Program-made: the position numbers and the translations under genes
Source of the DNA: the human T2T-CHM13v2.0 reference genome, Homo sapiens
Reading direction: 5' to 3' (one strand)
NCBI RefSeq assembly: GCF_009914755.1
Contig: NC_060926.1
DNA length: 64,000 nt
Notes under the pieces: generated by a model
The model's database searches: none
Seen by the model: the letters and a program-made list of their open reading frames with translations, nothing else
Told to the model about the DNA's origin: nothing
Part shown: in pieces, positions 1 through 13,265 of the stretch
Layout: every line of letters starts with the position of its first letter
Numbering within the stretch: the first letter of the stretch is position 1

Positions 1-559
1 AGCTGTTACAGAGTTCTGCCTGAAATGCTGGTTGATTCATCACTTACCTTAAACTTTCCCCCAATAATCTGGATTTAAATAAGTCAAGAGTGTCAAATTA
101 AACAGCCAAAGGGAAAGACTCCCATAGAGCGACACAGAGAAGAGAAAATGAAACAAGAAAGAAGAAAGAGGAGGAAGAAGAGGAAGACAGAAGAAGAGAG
201 ATTTTTTAAATCCCCACTTTAATAAAAAGACATTTAAAAAGTCCTTATTAAACAATGGCCTGGGCCTGTATGATTTTTGTAAAACCAACGGAAGCCAGGA
301 TATTAGATTCTATTGTTCAGTGTGTAAGCTGAGTAGCTCTGGTGGTCTGCATATGGCCTCAGCTCCTTATGGTGTCCAAATGTAAGCTTGTTGGCGTCTC
401 TTCAGCAGTGTTGCAATGATTCACAGCATTTTGTGTTTATTTTGTGCTATGATTGGGTGCTGCATTCTGATTTCTTAGTAAGAAGCAATATTTTTCTGAT
501 CCTTTAAAGTGGGAGAGGAGTTGGGGCCCAAGGTATGAAGCAGACTTGATTTTTAAAAA

Positions 560-815
560 CCTTTTTATTTTTAAATTATTTTAGATTTTCAGAGGAGTTG
601 CAAAGATAGCATAGAGAGTTTCTGAATACGCTTCACCCAGCTTCCCCTAAAGTTAATATCTAATATTATTATGGTATATTTGTCAAAACTAAGAAATTAA
701 CAATGGTACAAGACTATTAACCAAACTGTTGACTTTATTTGGATTTTACCATGTTTCCCACAAATGTTCATGTTCAGTTTTAGGATCTAATACAGGATAC
801 CATGTTGCATTTAAA
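560..815 (-). mobile_element. Old L1M 3' end fragment
   Basis: T-rich tail followed by sequence typical of L1MC-like 3' UTRs. Confidence 0.6.
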
Positions 816-1109
816 GAACTTAATTTTGAACAAGAGAATAATAAATATAGCCATGCATTTTGGCAAGGCGGGGAGGGAGGAATGGTGAATACCCTGACTT
901 GGAATATCATCAAATGGGTTATATTTTCCATAGGAACATGTTATAATGGGGAGTTATGTTCTTGACTAGAGACATTATAGCAAATAAATCATAAATGACC
1001 AATAACTATGGAGATAAAGGAAAGAAACATCAAGCCCCCAAATGAATTTGAAATAGTAAAATATAGTTTCAATTCCTGTAAAAGAAATACAGTGATTAGA
1101 CATGAGGCC

Positions 1110-1330
1110 CCAACAATTGCAGTCAGCACCTGCTCCTTACTATATGCTAGGTGCTCTTCTAAGCAAATTAGCTATAGTAATTCATTTAATTCTCATAACC
1201 ATCCTATGTAGTAGGCTCAATTATCAACCCTATTTTACAAGTGAGAACACAGAGACATAGAAAAATAACTTGTCCAATGTTGCACAGCTAGTAAGTGTTG
1301 GAATTAGAATTCAACCTGGGCCTCAAATGT
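1110..1330. mobile_element. MIR SINE
   Basis: Core-like 'ttcatttaattctcataaccatcctatg...attttacaagtgagaacacagag...gcacagctagtaagt'. Confidence 0.75.
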
Positions 1331-2692
1331 GGTAAAATATCTATGTGTAGATATAAAATTGTATAGTATGAAAATGTGATCAAACTTGAATGCAATCAAT
1401 ACACAATTGAATAATTTTGCCTCTTTTCTTAGTATGTAGAAAGACTTTTGCAATTGATTTGGTTGGCTTATGTCCTTTAATGAAGCTGATGCTTCTTTCT
1501 GTCTTAGAAACTTTCTGGTAGAAATCCACTGGCATCCCATTCTTAACCTCCATGCATACAATATATCTGACATATTCTGGTCCAATGTTTGACACATTGC
1601 CATAGCATTACCTTCCTCTTCCCTGAAACTGCAAGCATTTTGAGGGCAGGGACTATGTCTAATGCAGCCCAGCCTCAGCCCCTTACAGGGTTCAATAACT
1701 GGTGATTGAATGCTTGCAGGAATGGAGTCAATATTGGTTGACCTTGGAGCTGTGTGTTTCAAAATAAATGGAATTTCTATAATTTTTTCACAAGATGATA
1801 CCTTTTTACATCCCAGCAAATCATCTATCAGATGAGTCAAGAACAAAAATTGGAAGTGAATGCAAGGTAGAAATTAATCCATGTCTAAAGAATAGTTGGA
1901 AAGAAAGCCTCCTGGTGGAAAGTGGAGAATGCTGGTAGCCAAGGATGGAAATGTGTCACAAGGTTGGAACTTACTCCCCAATATGATTGGCAGTATTGGA
2001 TTTCTCAACCTCCCAAAGGGCCTCTGGGCTCTCAGGCTGAGGGTTCTATGAAGGGGACCCCAGCAGAGCCTGGTGAGCTCTCTGAGTGGAGGAGACGGCA
2101 CTGGAAGTCTAGGGATGCCAGGACAGCTGGAGTTTGTAGGGTAGGGTGCTGGAGAGGAGAAAGCTTCACACAGAAAGAACTTTGCAGAGGGCCCCCTTGA
2201 TTATTCAGCTCAATACCAATTAGTGTGTGGGCATGAGGAAACTACCTAAGCTGTGGAAAGAGCCACCTGAAAGGAAGGATTAGAACCGACTGAAATATGT
2301 CAAATATTTTGTGTGCATAGAGGTTGAGAGTGTGGGCTGGTGGATTTCTACCAGAAAGTTTCTAGGACAGAAACGGTGCAGTGCTCATCACATGCACAGG
2401 TTCAGGAATAGTGGCTGGTTTCAGCAACCAAAGTGTGAAACCTTATAAATAATTAGGTATGGAGAGAGTACCAAAAAGAGTTGTCTCAGTAGCAGAAAAA
2501 AAAATTAACCTTAGACTAACCACCGATTGACTTCTGATTAATAAAGCTTAAAGGCAAGACCCAAAAGGATCAAACTATTTCCAAGTAACTTTACATTCCA
2601 GAGCAGAGATCAAGAATATTGACAGGAATACAAAAATATCAAACACCCAATGAAATGTAGAGAAAAAACCAAAAAATCAAAAGTGACCCAGA

Positions 2693-2825
2693 GGCTGGGA
2701 GCAGTGGCTTATGCCTGTAATCCCAGCACTTTGGGAGGCTGAGGCAGGAGAATCATTTGAAACTAGGAGTTTGAGACCATCCTGGGCAGCAAAACAAGAC
2801 CCCAACTCTACAATAAATAAATAAA
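2693..2825 (+). mobile_element. Alu monomer (FLAM-like)
   Basis: Left-monomer sequence with (TAAA)n tail; degenerate TSD AAAGTGACCCAGA/AAATGACACAGA. Confidence 0.85.
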
Positions 2826-3292
2826 TGACACAGAAATGACATAGGTGATAGAATTAGTAGGCAGGGCCATTAAAACACTTGTTATAACTATATTCCACCT
2901 GTTTGAGAAGCTAGAGGAAAGACTGACCATGTTAAGTAAAATACAGAAATATAAGTCCTAAGATTGGAATTCTGAAATTGAAACTACAATGTTGGAGATA
3001 AAAATATAGTGGATAAGGTTCATGGCAGATCAGGTATTTCAGAAGAGAAGATCAATCAATCAATCAGAGAGAGAGGCTGAGCAAAATGAACAGAGCATCA
3101 GTGAACTGTGGAACAATCTTAAGTGGCATAGTATATGTATAATTGGAGTCCCTGAAGGAGAGTACTGGTTGTATAGGAAAAAAATGTGAAGAAATAATTG
3201 CCAAAATATTTCCAAATTGGATGAAAAGCATATAAACCCACAGATCCAAGATACTCAATGAATCCCAAGCATAAGAAACATAAAGAAAACTT

Positions 3293-3604
<312 letters not shown>

Positions 3605-3707
3605 TCAAAGCACCTCATAACCAAATTGCTTAAAACCAGTGATTAGAGAAAATCTTAAAGCCAGATAAAAGGATATTTATTAGCTATAAAAGAACAAAGA
3701 TAAAACG

Positions 3708-3853
3708 AGGAGTTTGAGACCACCCTGGGCAGCAAAACAAGACCTCAACTCTACAATAAATAAATAAGTGACATAGAAATGACACAGGTGGTAGAATTAG
3801 TAGGCAGGGCCATTAAAACAGTTGTTATAACTATATTCCACCTGTTTGAGAAG
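3708..3853. repeat. Local direct copy of 2765-2910 (Alu-monomer tail plus L1 flank)
   Basis: 146 bp, 7 mismatches counted by eye. Confidence 0.92.
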
Positions 3854-4749
3854 ATAAAAAGGGGATAGTAGATTTCTCATTTTAAAAAATTTAAGTTAGA
3901 AGACAGTAGAGTTATGGGTCTAAAGTGCAGAAAAAATAAGAAGAAAATAAAAAACCAAACTGTCAGCTCATAATGCTCTACCCAGCAAAAATACCTTTCA
4001 AATACTCAGGTGAAATAAAGACTTTTTCAAACATACAAATACTGAAAGGACCCATTACCATTAGACATACAGTGCAAGAAATGTTAAAGAAAGCACTTCA
4101 AGCAGAAGGAAAATGATACTAGATGGAATCTTGGAGCTACACAAATAAATGAAGGGAAGTGGAAATGGTAACTATATGAGTAAACATAAACACTTGTTTC
4201 TTATTACTTCAATATATTTAAAAGAAAATCCTCTGTTTAAACAAAAATAATAGCAATGTATTGCAGGACTTTTGTATAGAAGTAAAATGTATATTACCAA
4301 TAATAGCACAAAGGCCAGGAGGAGAGAAATGGAAGTATACTGCCATACAGTTTTTATACTACACATGAAGTAGAATAGTATTACCTGAGGGTAGAGTGTG
4401 ATAAAATAAAGATGTATACTATAAACCAGAAAGAAATCACTTAACACAACAAAAAGTTATATCTAGTAAGCCAAAAAAGGAGATAAAATGAAATCATTAA
4501 AAATGTTCAGAATAAAAGGTAGAAAAGAAGATAAAGAGAACAAATAATAGATGAACCAAATAGAAAAGAAATAGACATTTGTTTTGAACCTAACCATATC
4601 AAAATTACATTAAATGTGAATGATCTACACCCAGTTAAAAAACAGAGACTGTCAGATTGGATTAAAAAAAGCAAGACTCAATTATAATCTGCCTACAAGA
4701 AGCCCACTTAAAAAATAAAGACTCAGGTAAGTTAAAAAATGAAAGGATG

Positions 4750-5497
<748 letters not shown>

Positions 5498-7805
5498 TAA
5501 TTTCATAATGATAAAAAGGTCAGTTCTTCAAAAGGACAGAATAATGCTAAGCATTTATGTACCTAATAATAGAGCTTCAAATTACTTGAAACAAAAACTG
5601 ACAGAACTGCAAAGAGAAACAGACAAATCCACAATTATACTTAGAGAGTTTGACACTCTTCTTTCAATAACTTGTAAAACAAGTCCAATGAAAATCAGCA
5701 AGGATATAGAAATATTAAACAACATGGTTAGGCAATTTGATTTAATTTACATTTATAGAATACTCCATTGAACTACTGCAGAATATACATTCTTTTCTAG
5801 TATACATGAAACATTTATCAAGGTATAGCATATCTTGGATCATAAAACAATTCTCAGTAAATCTAAAAAGGACTAAAGTCATACAAAGTAAATTTTCTAG
5901 CCATAATGGAATTAAATTAGAAATCATAAGATATCTGGAAAATCCCCACATATTTGGAAACTCAATAACATACTTCTATATAACCCATGACTCAAAAAAA
6001 AAAAGAAAATTAGAAAGTATTTAAAACTGATCGAAAGTAAAAACACATATTAAAATTTGTGGGATTCAGCTAAAATAGTATGTAGTGAGATATGTATAGC
6101 ACTAAAAGCCTATATTAAAAAACATGAAAGTTCCTGACTCAGTGACATTAGCTTCCACCTTAAGAAACTAGAAAAGAAGAGCCAATGAAACTCAATGTGA
6201 GCAAAGAAAGAATAATAGAGAGTATAGTGGAAATCAATGAAATAGAAAAACAATAGAGAAAAACAATGAAACCAAAAGCAAGACTTATTGGGGGGAAAAG
6301 AAGACAAATTCTAGTATCATGAATGAGAGAGGTGATATCACTATAGAATCTACAGCTCTTAAAAGGACAATAAGGAACAACTTTATGGCAATAAGTTAAA
6401 CAACTTAGCTGAAAGAGGTCAGTCTCTTAGAAAATACAAACTATTAAAGCATTAAAGCTCACTCAAAAAAAAAGAAATAATCTGAGTAGCCCTATAGCTA
6501 GTAAAGAAATTAAATTCATAGTTAAAAACCTTATTACAAAAAGACATGTCCAGATAGCTTTACTGATGAATTCTACCAAACATTTAAGGAAGACATAATT
6601 TTATACAAGGTCTTCCAGGAAATAGAAGAGAAGGGCATACTTCTCAAATTATTTTTTCTCAAATTATTTCTGAGACCAGCATTACTCTGATGCCAAAACC
6701 AGACAAAGGTATTACAAGAAAATGAAACTACAGACCAATATCTTTCATTAACATAGATGCGGATACTAAATATTTTTTCCAGCAAACCAAACCCAATAAT
6801 ATATAAAAAAGGATAACTCCTCATGATCAAGTGTGGTTTATCCCAGGAATGCAAGGTTGGTTTAACATTTGAAAATTAATCAATATAAATTATTATATTA
6901 ACAGACAAAACTTATACCTCATGATTATCTCCATATATGTAGAAAAAGCACTTGAGAAAATTCAATATTAATTCATCATACAAACTGTCAGCAAACTAGA
7001 AACAGAAGGGAGTTCTGTATCTCTGAAAAAAGGAATCTGCAAAATTTTACAGCTAATATCATACTTAGTGGTGAATTAATGTTTTCCTTAGGATCAACAG
7101 GAACAAGAAAAATTATCTGCTCTCACCACTTTTATTCAACATTGCACTGGAGGTTCTAGCCAGTGCAATAAAATAAGGAAAAGTAATAAAAGGCATCTAG
7201 ATTGTAGAAGAAGTAAAATTGTATTTATTTGTAGACGACATGATTGCTTACAAGAAATCCTATGGAATTCTACTAGAACAGTGAGTTTAGAAGGGTTATA
7301 GGATACAAGGTCAATATACAAAAATAAATTATTATAAATTTCATATAGTAGTTACACACAATCAGAAATGGAAATTTAAATATACAGTTGACAACAGCAT
7401 CAAAAAATGAAATAATTAGGGATAAATCTTACAAAATATATGCAAACCTTGTTCCCTAAAAACTATCAAACACAGCTGAGAAAAGGAAGAAATAAATAAA
7501 TGGAGGAGTATATTGTGTGCATGATTTGAAAGCCTCAATATTTTTATTTTTATTTTTCTCCAAATTGATTTATAGATTTGGACAACATAACCCAGGAAGC
7601 TATGTTGTAGAAATGGATGAACTGAATCTAAAATTCATCTGGAAATGCAAAGGAGCTAGAATAGCCAAAACAACTTCAAGAAGGAAGAACTATGCTTGAA
7701 AACTTATACTACCTGACTTCAAAATTTATTATAAAGTTACAATATTCAAGACAGTATGGTATTGGTGTTAAAACAGGCAAATAGAGCAATGAAACAGAAT
7801 AGAGA

Positions 7806-8320
7806 TGAAGGGGGATGGCTCTGCCATGGCACCTTGGTGACCCTGCACATATCCACATAGGCCACAAAGCAAAACTGGAACCACTACTGAATCTACGTCT
7901 TGGTAGAACACCTGGATACTCCTGGGTTGGAAGCTTGTAATGAGTTGCTATAAGACCCTTGCCCCCTCCCCTGGCTATGTCCCCTAGGAGGCTGCTATGA
8001 GATGGTTTCTCAATGCCTTCTGGATCCTGAGGAGGCAGGGACCTTCCTGCTTCAGCCCCTTCAGAATAGAGATACAGGCTGTGAACCTCTCAGCTCTGAT
8101 CTAGGCATGGCTGCTCAGAAATGGGGTATTCTTCAATTTGTGTTGACATCATCCAGCCCCTTTTGTCTAGGTGTTATCCTTTTTGGTGTGTGGCATAAAG
8201 ATTGTGAGGAGCCAACACCACTGGCTACTCTTCCTTTCACTCTTTATATAATAGAGTGGCTCCTCACGTCTTCACCAGGTGAACCAGTCAGACTTTGCCC
8301 TGCTTTGCACATGCTTGACA
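7806..8320. mobile_element. Solo LTR (probably ERVL class, family unresolved) inserted in L1
   Basis: TG...CA termini, 5-bp TSD AGAGA at 7801-7805 and 8321-8325, L1 resumes colinearly on both sides. Confidence 0.75.
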
Positions 8321-8889
8321 AGAGAGCTCAGAAATAAACTCACGCATATATAGTCCATTCATTTTTGACAAAGGTGCAAAGACCGTTTGGTGGAGAAAGG
8401 AAGGGTTTAGATTCACAAATACTTATTTTCTACTAACAGTGCTGGAACTGTCAGATATCCACATGCAAAAATAAATAAAAAAGCTTCAATCCCTACCTCA
8501 CATCATATTCAGAAATGAACTCAAAATGGATCACAGACTTAAATGTAAAATGTAAAGTTATGAAATTTCTAGAAGAAAATATAAGAGAAAATCTGTATGA
8601 CCTTGGGTTAGGCAGATTTTTTTTTAGATATCATAACCCAACCTAATCCTTAAAAGAGAAAAAATGGATAAACTGGACTCCATAAAAATTAAGAACTTCT
8701 GTTCTTCAAAAGACATTGCTAAGAGAATAAAATCTAAGCCAGAGACTGGCAGGTAATACTTATCAATCACATATCTCACAAGAGATTCATATCTAGAATA
8801 TCCCAAGAAACCTCAAACTTAAATAAGAAAACCAACCCAATTTTAAAAATGGGCAAAAGATTTGAACTGACACTTTACCAAAGAAGATA

Positions 8890-9206
8890 CAGTCATGTCC
8901 CTTATAACAATGGTTTTGGTCAACAACAGACCACATATACAATAGTGGTCCCATAAGATTATACTGTACGTTTTCTATGTTTAGATACACAAATACTTCC
9001 CATTGTGTTACAATTCCCTACAGTATTCAGTACAGTAGCATGCTGTCCAGGTTTGTAGCCTGGGAGCCAGAGGCTTAATCATATAGCCTAGGTGGGCAGT
9101 AGGCTATGCCATCCTGGTTTGTGTAAATATACTCTATGATGTTTACACAATGATGAAACAACACATTTCTGAGAATGTATCCCCATCGTTAAGCGACAAA
9201 TGACTG
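8890..9206. mobile_element. Tigger3a/MER7-like DNA transposon
   Basis: TA|CAGTCATG...TGACTG|TA: inverted termini and TA TSD. Confidence 0.85.
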
Positions 9207-9435
9207 TATGTGGATGGCAAGTAAGTTCATGAAACAATGCTCAACATCGCTAGTTACCAGGGAAATGAAAATCAAAACTATAACAAGACATGTGTACACA
9301 CCTATTAGAATGTATACAATTAAGCCCTGACCATACCATGTATTGGTGAGGCTGTAAAGCAACTGGAACATGCAGACATCGCTGGTGCGGATGTAAAATG
9401 GTACAACTTTCAAAACTAGTTGGGCCATTTATTAG

Positions 9436-9723
9436 TTATTGTTATTATTATTTGAGACAGGGTCTCAACTCTGTCACCCAGGCTGGAGTGCAGTGGCGTG
9501 AACATGGCTTACTCCTGTGCTCAAGCGATCCTCCCACCTCAGCCCCCTGAGTAGCTGGGATTACAGGTGCATGCCAACATGCCTGGGTAATTTTTGTATT
9601 TTTTGTAGAGATGGGGTTTTGCCGTGTTGCCCAGGCTGGTCTTGAACTCCCGGACTCAAGTGATCTGCCTGTCTCAGCCTCCCAAAGTGTTGGGATTACC
9701 GGCATGAGCCACCGCACCTAGCC
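9436..9723 (-). mobile_element. Alu (J-type, internal deletion)
   Basis: Antisense dimer with (TTA)n tail. Confidence 0.9.
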
Positions 9724-11055
9724 TAACAGTTATGTTCTTAATCATACCGTGTGACCTAGGTATTTATTCAAAATGCATAAAAGCCATTCAAAGGCTGGCA
9801 CACAAATGTGCATGATAACTTTGTTTGTAAAAGACCCAGACTGGAAACAATCAAATGTCTCCCAACATCTGAATGGATGAACATAACATACTGTGGTTCA
9901 TCCATACCACGGACCGCTACCCAGGAATAAAAGGAATGAACTACGGACACACACAGCAACACAGATGAATCTTAAAATAATTATGTCGAGCGAGAGAAGC
10001 CAGATAAAAGACTGCAGATTCCATTTATACAAAATTCTAGAAAATTCAGACTAAGCCAAGTAATAGAAAGCAGATGCTAGGGATGGAGAGTGAGAAAGGG
10101 GCCAGTGGGAGGGAGAACCGTGGGCACCGTGAGGCCACAGGGGGAATGATAAATATCTGCCCTCCATGGACTGCGGGGTGTTGCACGAGTGTATAAGTCT
10201 GCGGAATTTATCAAATTGTACGCCTTAAACACGTGCCGCTTGCTGAATGTCAATCACACCTCGGTAAAGCTGCTTTTAAAGAGCATTGCTAGAACCTTGT
10301 TTCCTTCCTCTTTCTCAAGACTGGCGGGGGTCCACGTGGCCCCCTGATCCCCCCTCTGAACTCAAATGACCTTTCTTAGGTGGGTCCCCTGCCTGAGTCC
10401 CTGAATGCCCAGCAGTCCCGCCTGCCTACGTTGCTGCCCCTGCTGGGCAGGACATCCAGGCAACTTTGACAGTCGGTGGAGAAGCAGCAAGGGCGATGCG
10501 GTTTCTGAGAGCCGCGCGGGTTCCCAGCACTAAACGTGGGCGACTTTCCTTAATCTTCCCCCAGAGACAGAAGGCCATGCAATGACAACTCCAAGGGCAG
10601 GGGCTGGAGCATTTTGACTAACAGAAAAGTCAGGATGACACAATGCAAGCCGAGAAACCCCACACGAGTCCTGTGCAAAGACACGTGGCCCCGCTGCCTT
10701 TCCGAGACCCGGAGCACACGCTGGGAGGGTGCTCTCTGGGGACGGGGGCTGCGGGACCCCCAGACCCCGCGCCCGGGCGCGAACTAGCTGAGCGGCCGCT
10801 GGGCCTCCCTAGAGGCCGGCACAGCTCCGCTTCCGAGCGGGCCTGGAAGCCCCACCCGAGGAGCTAACCATTTATGTCACACTGTGACAATTATTCTGCA
10901 TAAAATTATCATTAAAAACCCTAATTTTTCAGCCTCCAACCCCGCCAGTGGCCTTTTAGCATCCCCGGCGCCGGCGGCCGGGCTGTGATCACCGCGCTCA
11001 TTACCTCGGCGTGGCGCCTCCCGCGCGCGCTCGCAATCAAGCGCTAATTAAACCC

Positions 11056-11117
11056 GCGGGGGCCGGGCCCGGGGCGCGGGGCGGGGGCCGGGGCCGGGGC
11101 GCGGGGCGGGGGCCGGG
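11056..11117. repeat. GC-only 25-bp tandem repeat, ~2.5 copies
   Basis: GCGGGGGCCGGGCCCGGGGCGCGGG / GCGGGGGCCGGGGCCGGGGCGCGGG / GCGGGGGCCGGG. Confidence 0.85.
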
Positions 11118-11359
11118 AGGTGCCAGGTCTGGGGTCCCGGGTCAGGGATCTTGGATCTGGGTCCCGAGGCAGGGGCCGGGGTAGGGACGGGGCGGATGCG
11201 GGTCTGGGGATCCAGTGGGCAGAGTCAAGGGTGCAGGGTCTGGGTCCGGAGGCGGGGGCTGGGACGGAGGCGGAGGCGGGGTCGGCGGTCTCGTGGGGGG
11301 AGGCGGGCGTCTGGTCTCGGGGCGGGGCGGACGCCGCGGGCCTGTCCCGAGGTCCTTAC

Positions 11360-11627
11360 CCGAGCGAGGCGGCCGTGCGGCAGAGGTGCAGAGGCGCCAG
11401 GCCCTCGGCGCTGAGCAGGTCGGGGTCGGCGCGGTGCTGCAGCAGCAGGCGGACGCAGGCGGTGTGGCCCCCGAGGCAGGCCTCGTGCAGGGCGCCGCGG
11501 CCGCCGGGGCTGGCGTCTGGGTCTGCGCCGCGGCCGAGCAGGTGTCGCACGCAGGCGGTGTGGCCGTGGGCCGCGGCGATGCACAGGGGCGTGGTGAGCT
11601 CACGCTTGTACTCCAGGGTCCAGAGGC
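11360..11627 (-). CDS. ASB18: ASB18 coding exon 3, ankyrin repeats ([38 protein letters not shown]...[25 protein letters not shown]...[11 protein letters not shown]), 268 nt
   Basis: Pyrimidine tract + CAG|GC acceptor at 11628/11627; donor GG|GTAAGG at 11360/11359; ankyrin motifs TPL..AA..GH..CVR.LL..GADPD. Confidence 0.95.
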
Positions 11628-12277
11628 CTGCGGGGAGGGAGGTGGGATGTAAGGTCAGGGGGAGGTTAGTTGTGGTGGTGGGCGGTGTTCCTTAAGGCGG
11701 AAAGAAAGTGAAGCCGTCTCTTAAAGGTAGGTACCAGGTAGGCATGTAGGGAGAAGAGGATAGAATCAGAGACGCACACAGAGACAGAGAGCAGAGAGAC
11801 ACACTGGGAAGAGACAGGCGTAGACAGAGGAAGAAATACAAAGGAGAGATTGAAGGCTAAAACCGAGCTAGAGAGATGGGGCGCCGGGTATTGAGAAGCA
11901 AGAGGATTTTTGCCAAATACGGGGGTGACTGGGAAATGGGGTCAGTTAAAAGCTGTCCAAGCAGGGTGCACGGTAGGCGAATTTAAGTGAGGAATTCACG
12001 TGTTCCAGGCCCTGAGTTAGGGCAGCTTGAAAGAGGAAAGTGGGTTGTGGAATTTTCCCGAATCCAGCACTCCCTTAGCTGAGCTCCAAACTTGTCCCTT
12101 TATCATTAAGAAGAGACAACAGACAAAACAAACTGACCCACACATCACCAAGGTTGTTCAAGAAAAGGACTCAGAGAAAGTTTAGCTCTCTTGCAAGTGG
12201 CTGAGTTTTCAGAAGCACACTTTGATGTGGTGGTCCACATTCAGCACAATCCTGGTTTGTTTCTTTGCGCTTTTTAG

Positions 12278-12279
<2 letters not shown>

Positions 12280-12313
<34 letters not shown>
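12280..12313. repeat. (GT)n microsatellite, ~17 units
   Basis: Pure GT run. Confidence 0.97.
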
Positions 12314-12315
<2 letters not shown>

Positions 12316-13107
12316 GGTTGCTCTTTCTTGAGGGATGAATGGAGCAGGTGCTATACATTTTTACTTCTCTGAAAACTTTGGCACTTTCAAAAAGCCCGTG
12401 GAAGGTTGTTAGCGGCCAGGAGCGCTTGTGGAAATGGGGGATGTAGTCCCTGGTGAATACACATCAAGGGGCAGGATTTCACATGGCAGGAAGGCCTTCT
12501 GATAATGATGGAAGAATCGATACTGTGGCTGTAATGAGCCGCAGAGGAGACCCTTTTCACAGGCCACCTCCTTCCCAGGACCCATGCTGAGCAGCCTTGA
12601 AAGTCCATTCATTAATTACCTACCCGCATGTGGTGCCGAGTTCCAGCCGCCCTGAGTCCCCAAGGCCCAGCCTGGAGCTTGTTGTGCACTCAGTGGGGGA
12701 AGGGGGGCCTGTGGGACTGGCATGGAATGGTGGTGGCCAGAGGCCCCAGGGACATGGACCTGCATGGGTTTGAGCTGCCCTTCCCAGTGAAGACCAGGTC
12801 GGATCTGGAGGGGGTGATGGATGTAGTCTATCTACATTGTTATCCCCGTGATAACAATAACCTACATTCCTGCAGGTGCCAGCTCTTGGTTTTTTGATTC
12901 GATTTGTTTTTCTGAGAGATGAAAACTACTTACTGCCTTCTCTGGGGAATGCTAAATCCCCAACCCAGCCCCACCCTACCCTAGCGCTCAGTAAACCCAC
13001 CCTGGATTCCTGAGTCTTCTCAGGGACTGATGGGGAGAAGCCATAGGTGGGGATCTAGCTCAGCCACAGTGTGGGCCAGCACCGTCTCCAGGTCCTTGGC
13101 GATGCAG

Positions 13108-13265
13108 TCAGGAAGTCTGAATCAGCTTTCTGTAACTCCCGCCCTCTGGTCCCAGTTCTGCCACCAGGAGGGACATGAATTAAGGCTCAGGAAGCCTGAA
13201 TCAGCTTTCTGTAACTCCCGCCCTCTGGTCCCAGTTCTGCCACCAGGAGGGACATGAATTAAGGC
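13108..13265. repeat. 79-bp tandem duplication, 2 copies
   Basis: Units 13108-13186 and 13187-13265 differ at one position that I could see (GAAGTCTGA vs GAAGCCTGA). Confidence 0.95.

Larger units (their letters stand above)
10640..11700. promoter_or_regulatory. Intragenic CpG island over exon 3 and the start of intron 3
   Basis: Very high GC and CpG density against an AT-rich, CpG-poor background. Confidence 0.9.

Noticed and set aside
1304-1846. 180-aa minus-strand ORF
   Set aside because: Non-ATG start, no recognisable domain, not an ASB18 exon, runs into a MIR
11356-11550. 64-aa ankyrin ORF as a stand-alone gene
   Set aside because: It is part of exon 3; its stop is the TAA within the GTAAGG donor
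11120-11695. Several overlapping long ORFs on both strands (up to 191 aa) in the CpG island
   Set aside because: Expected from stop-codon scarcity in very GC-rich DNA; low-complexity Gly/Pro/Arg peptides; only the ankyrin frame has splice signals and family motifs
13108-13265. Direct repeats as a CRISPR-like array (also 23626-23707)
   Set aside because: Two adjacent copies with no spacers, no cas genes, eukaryotic context
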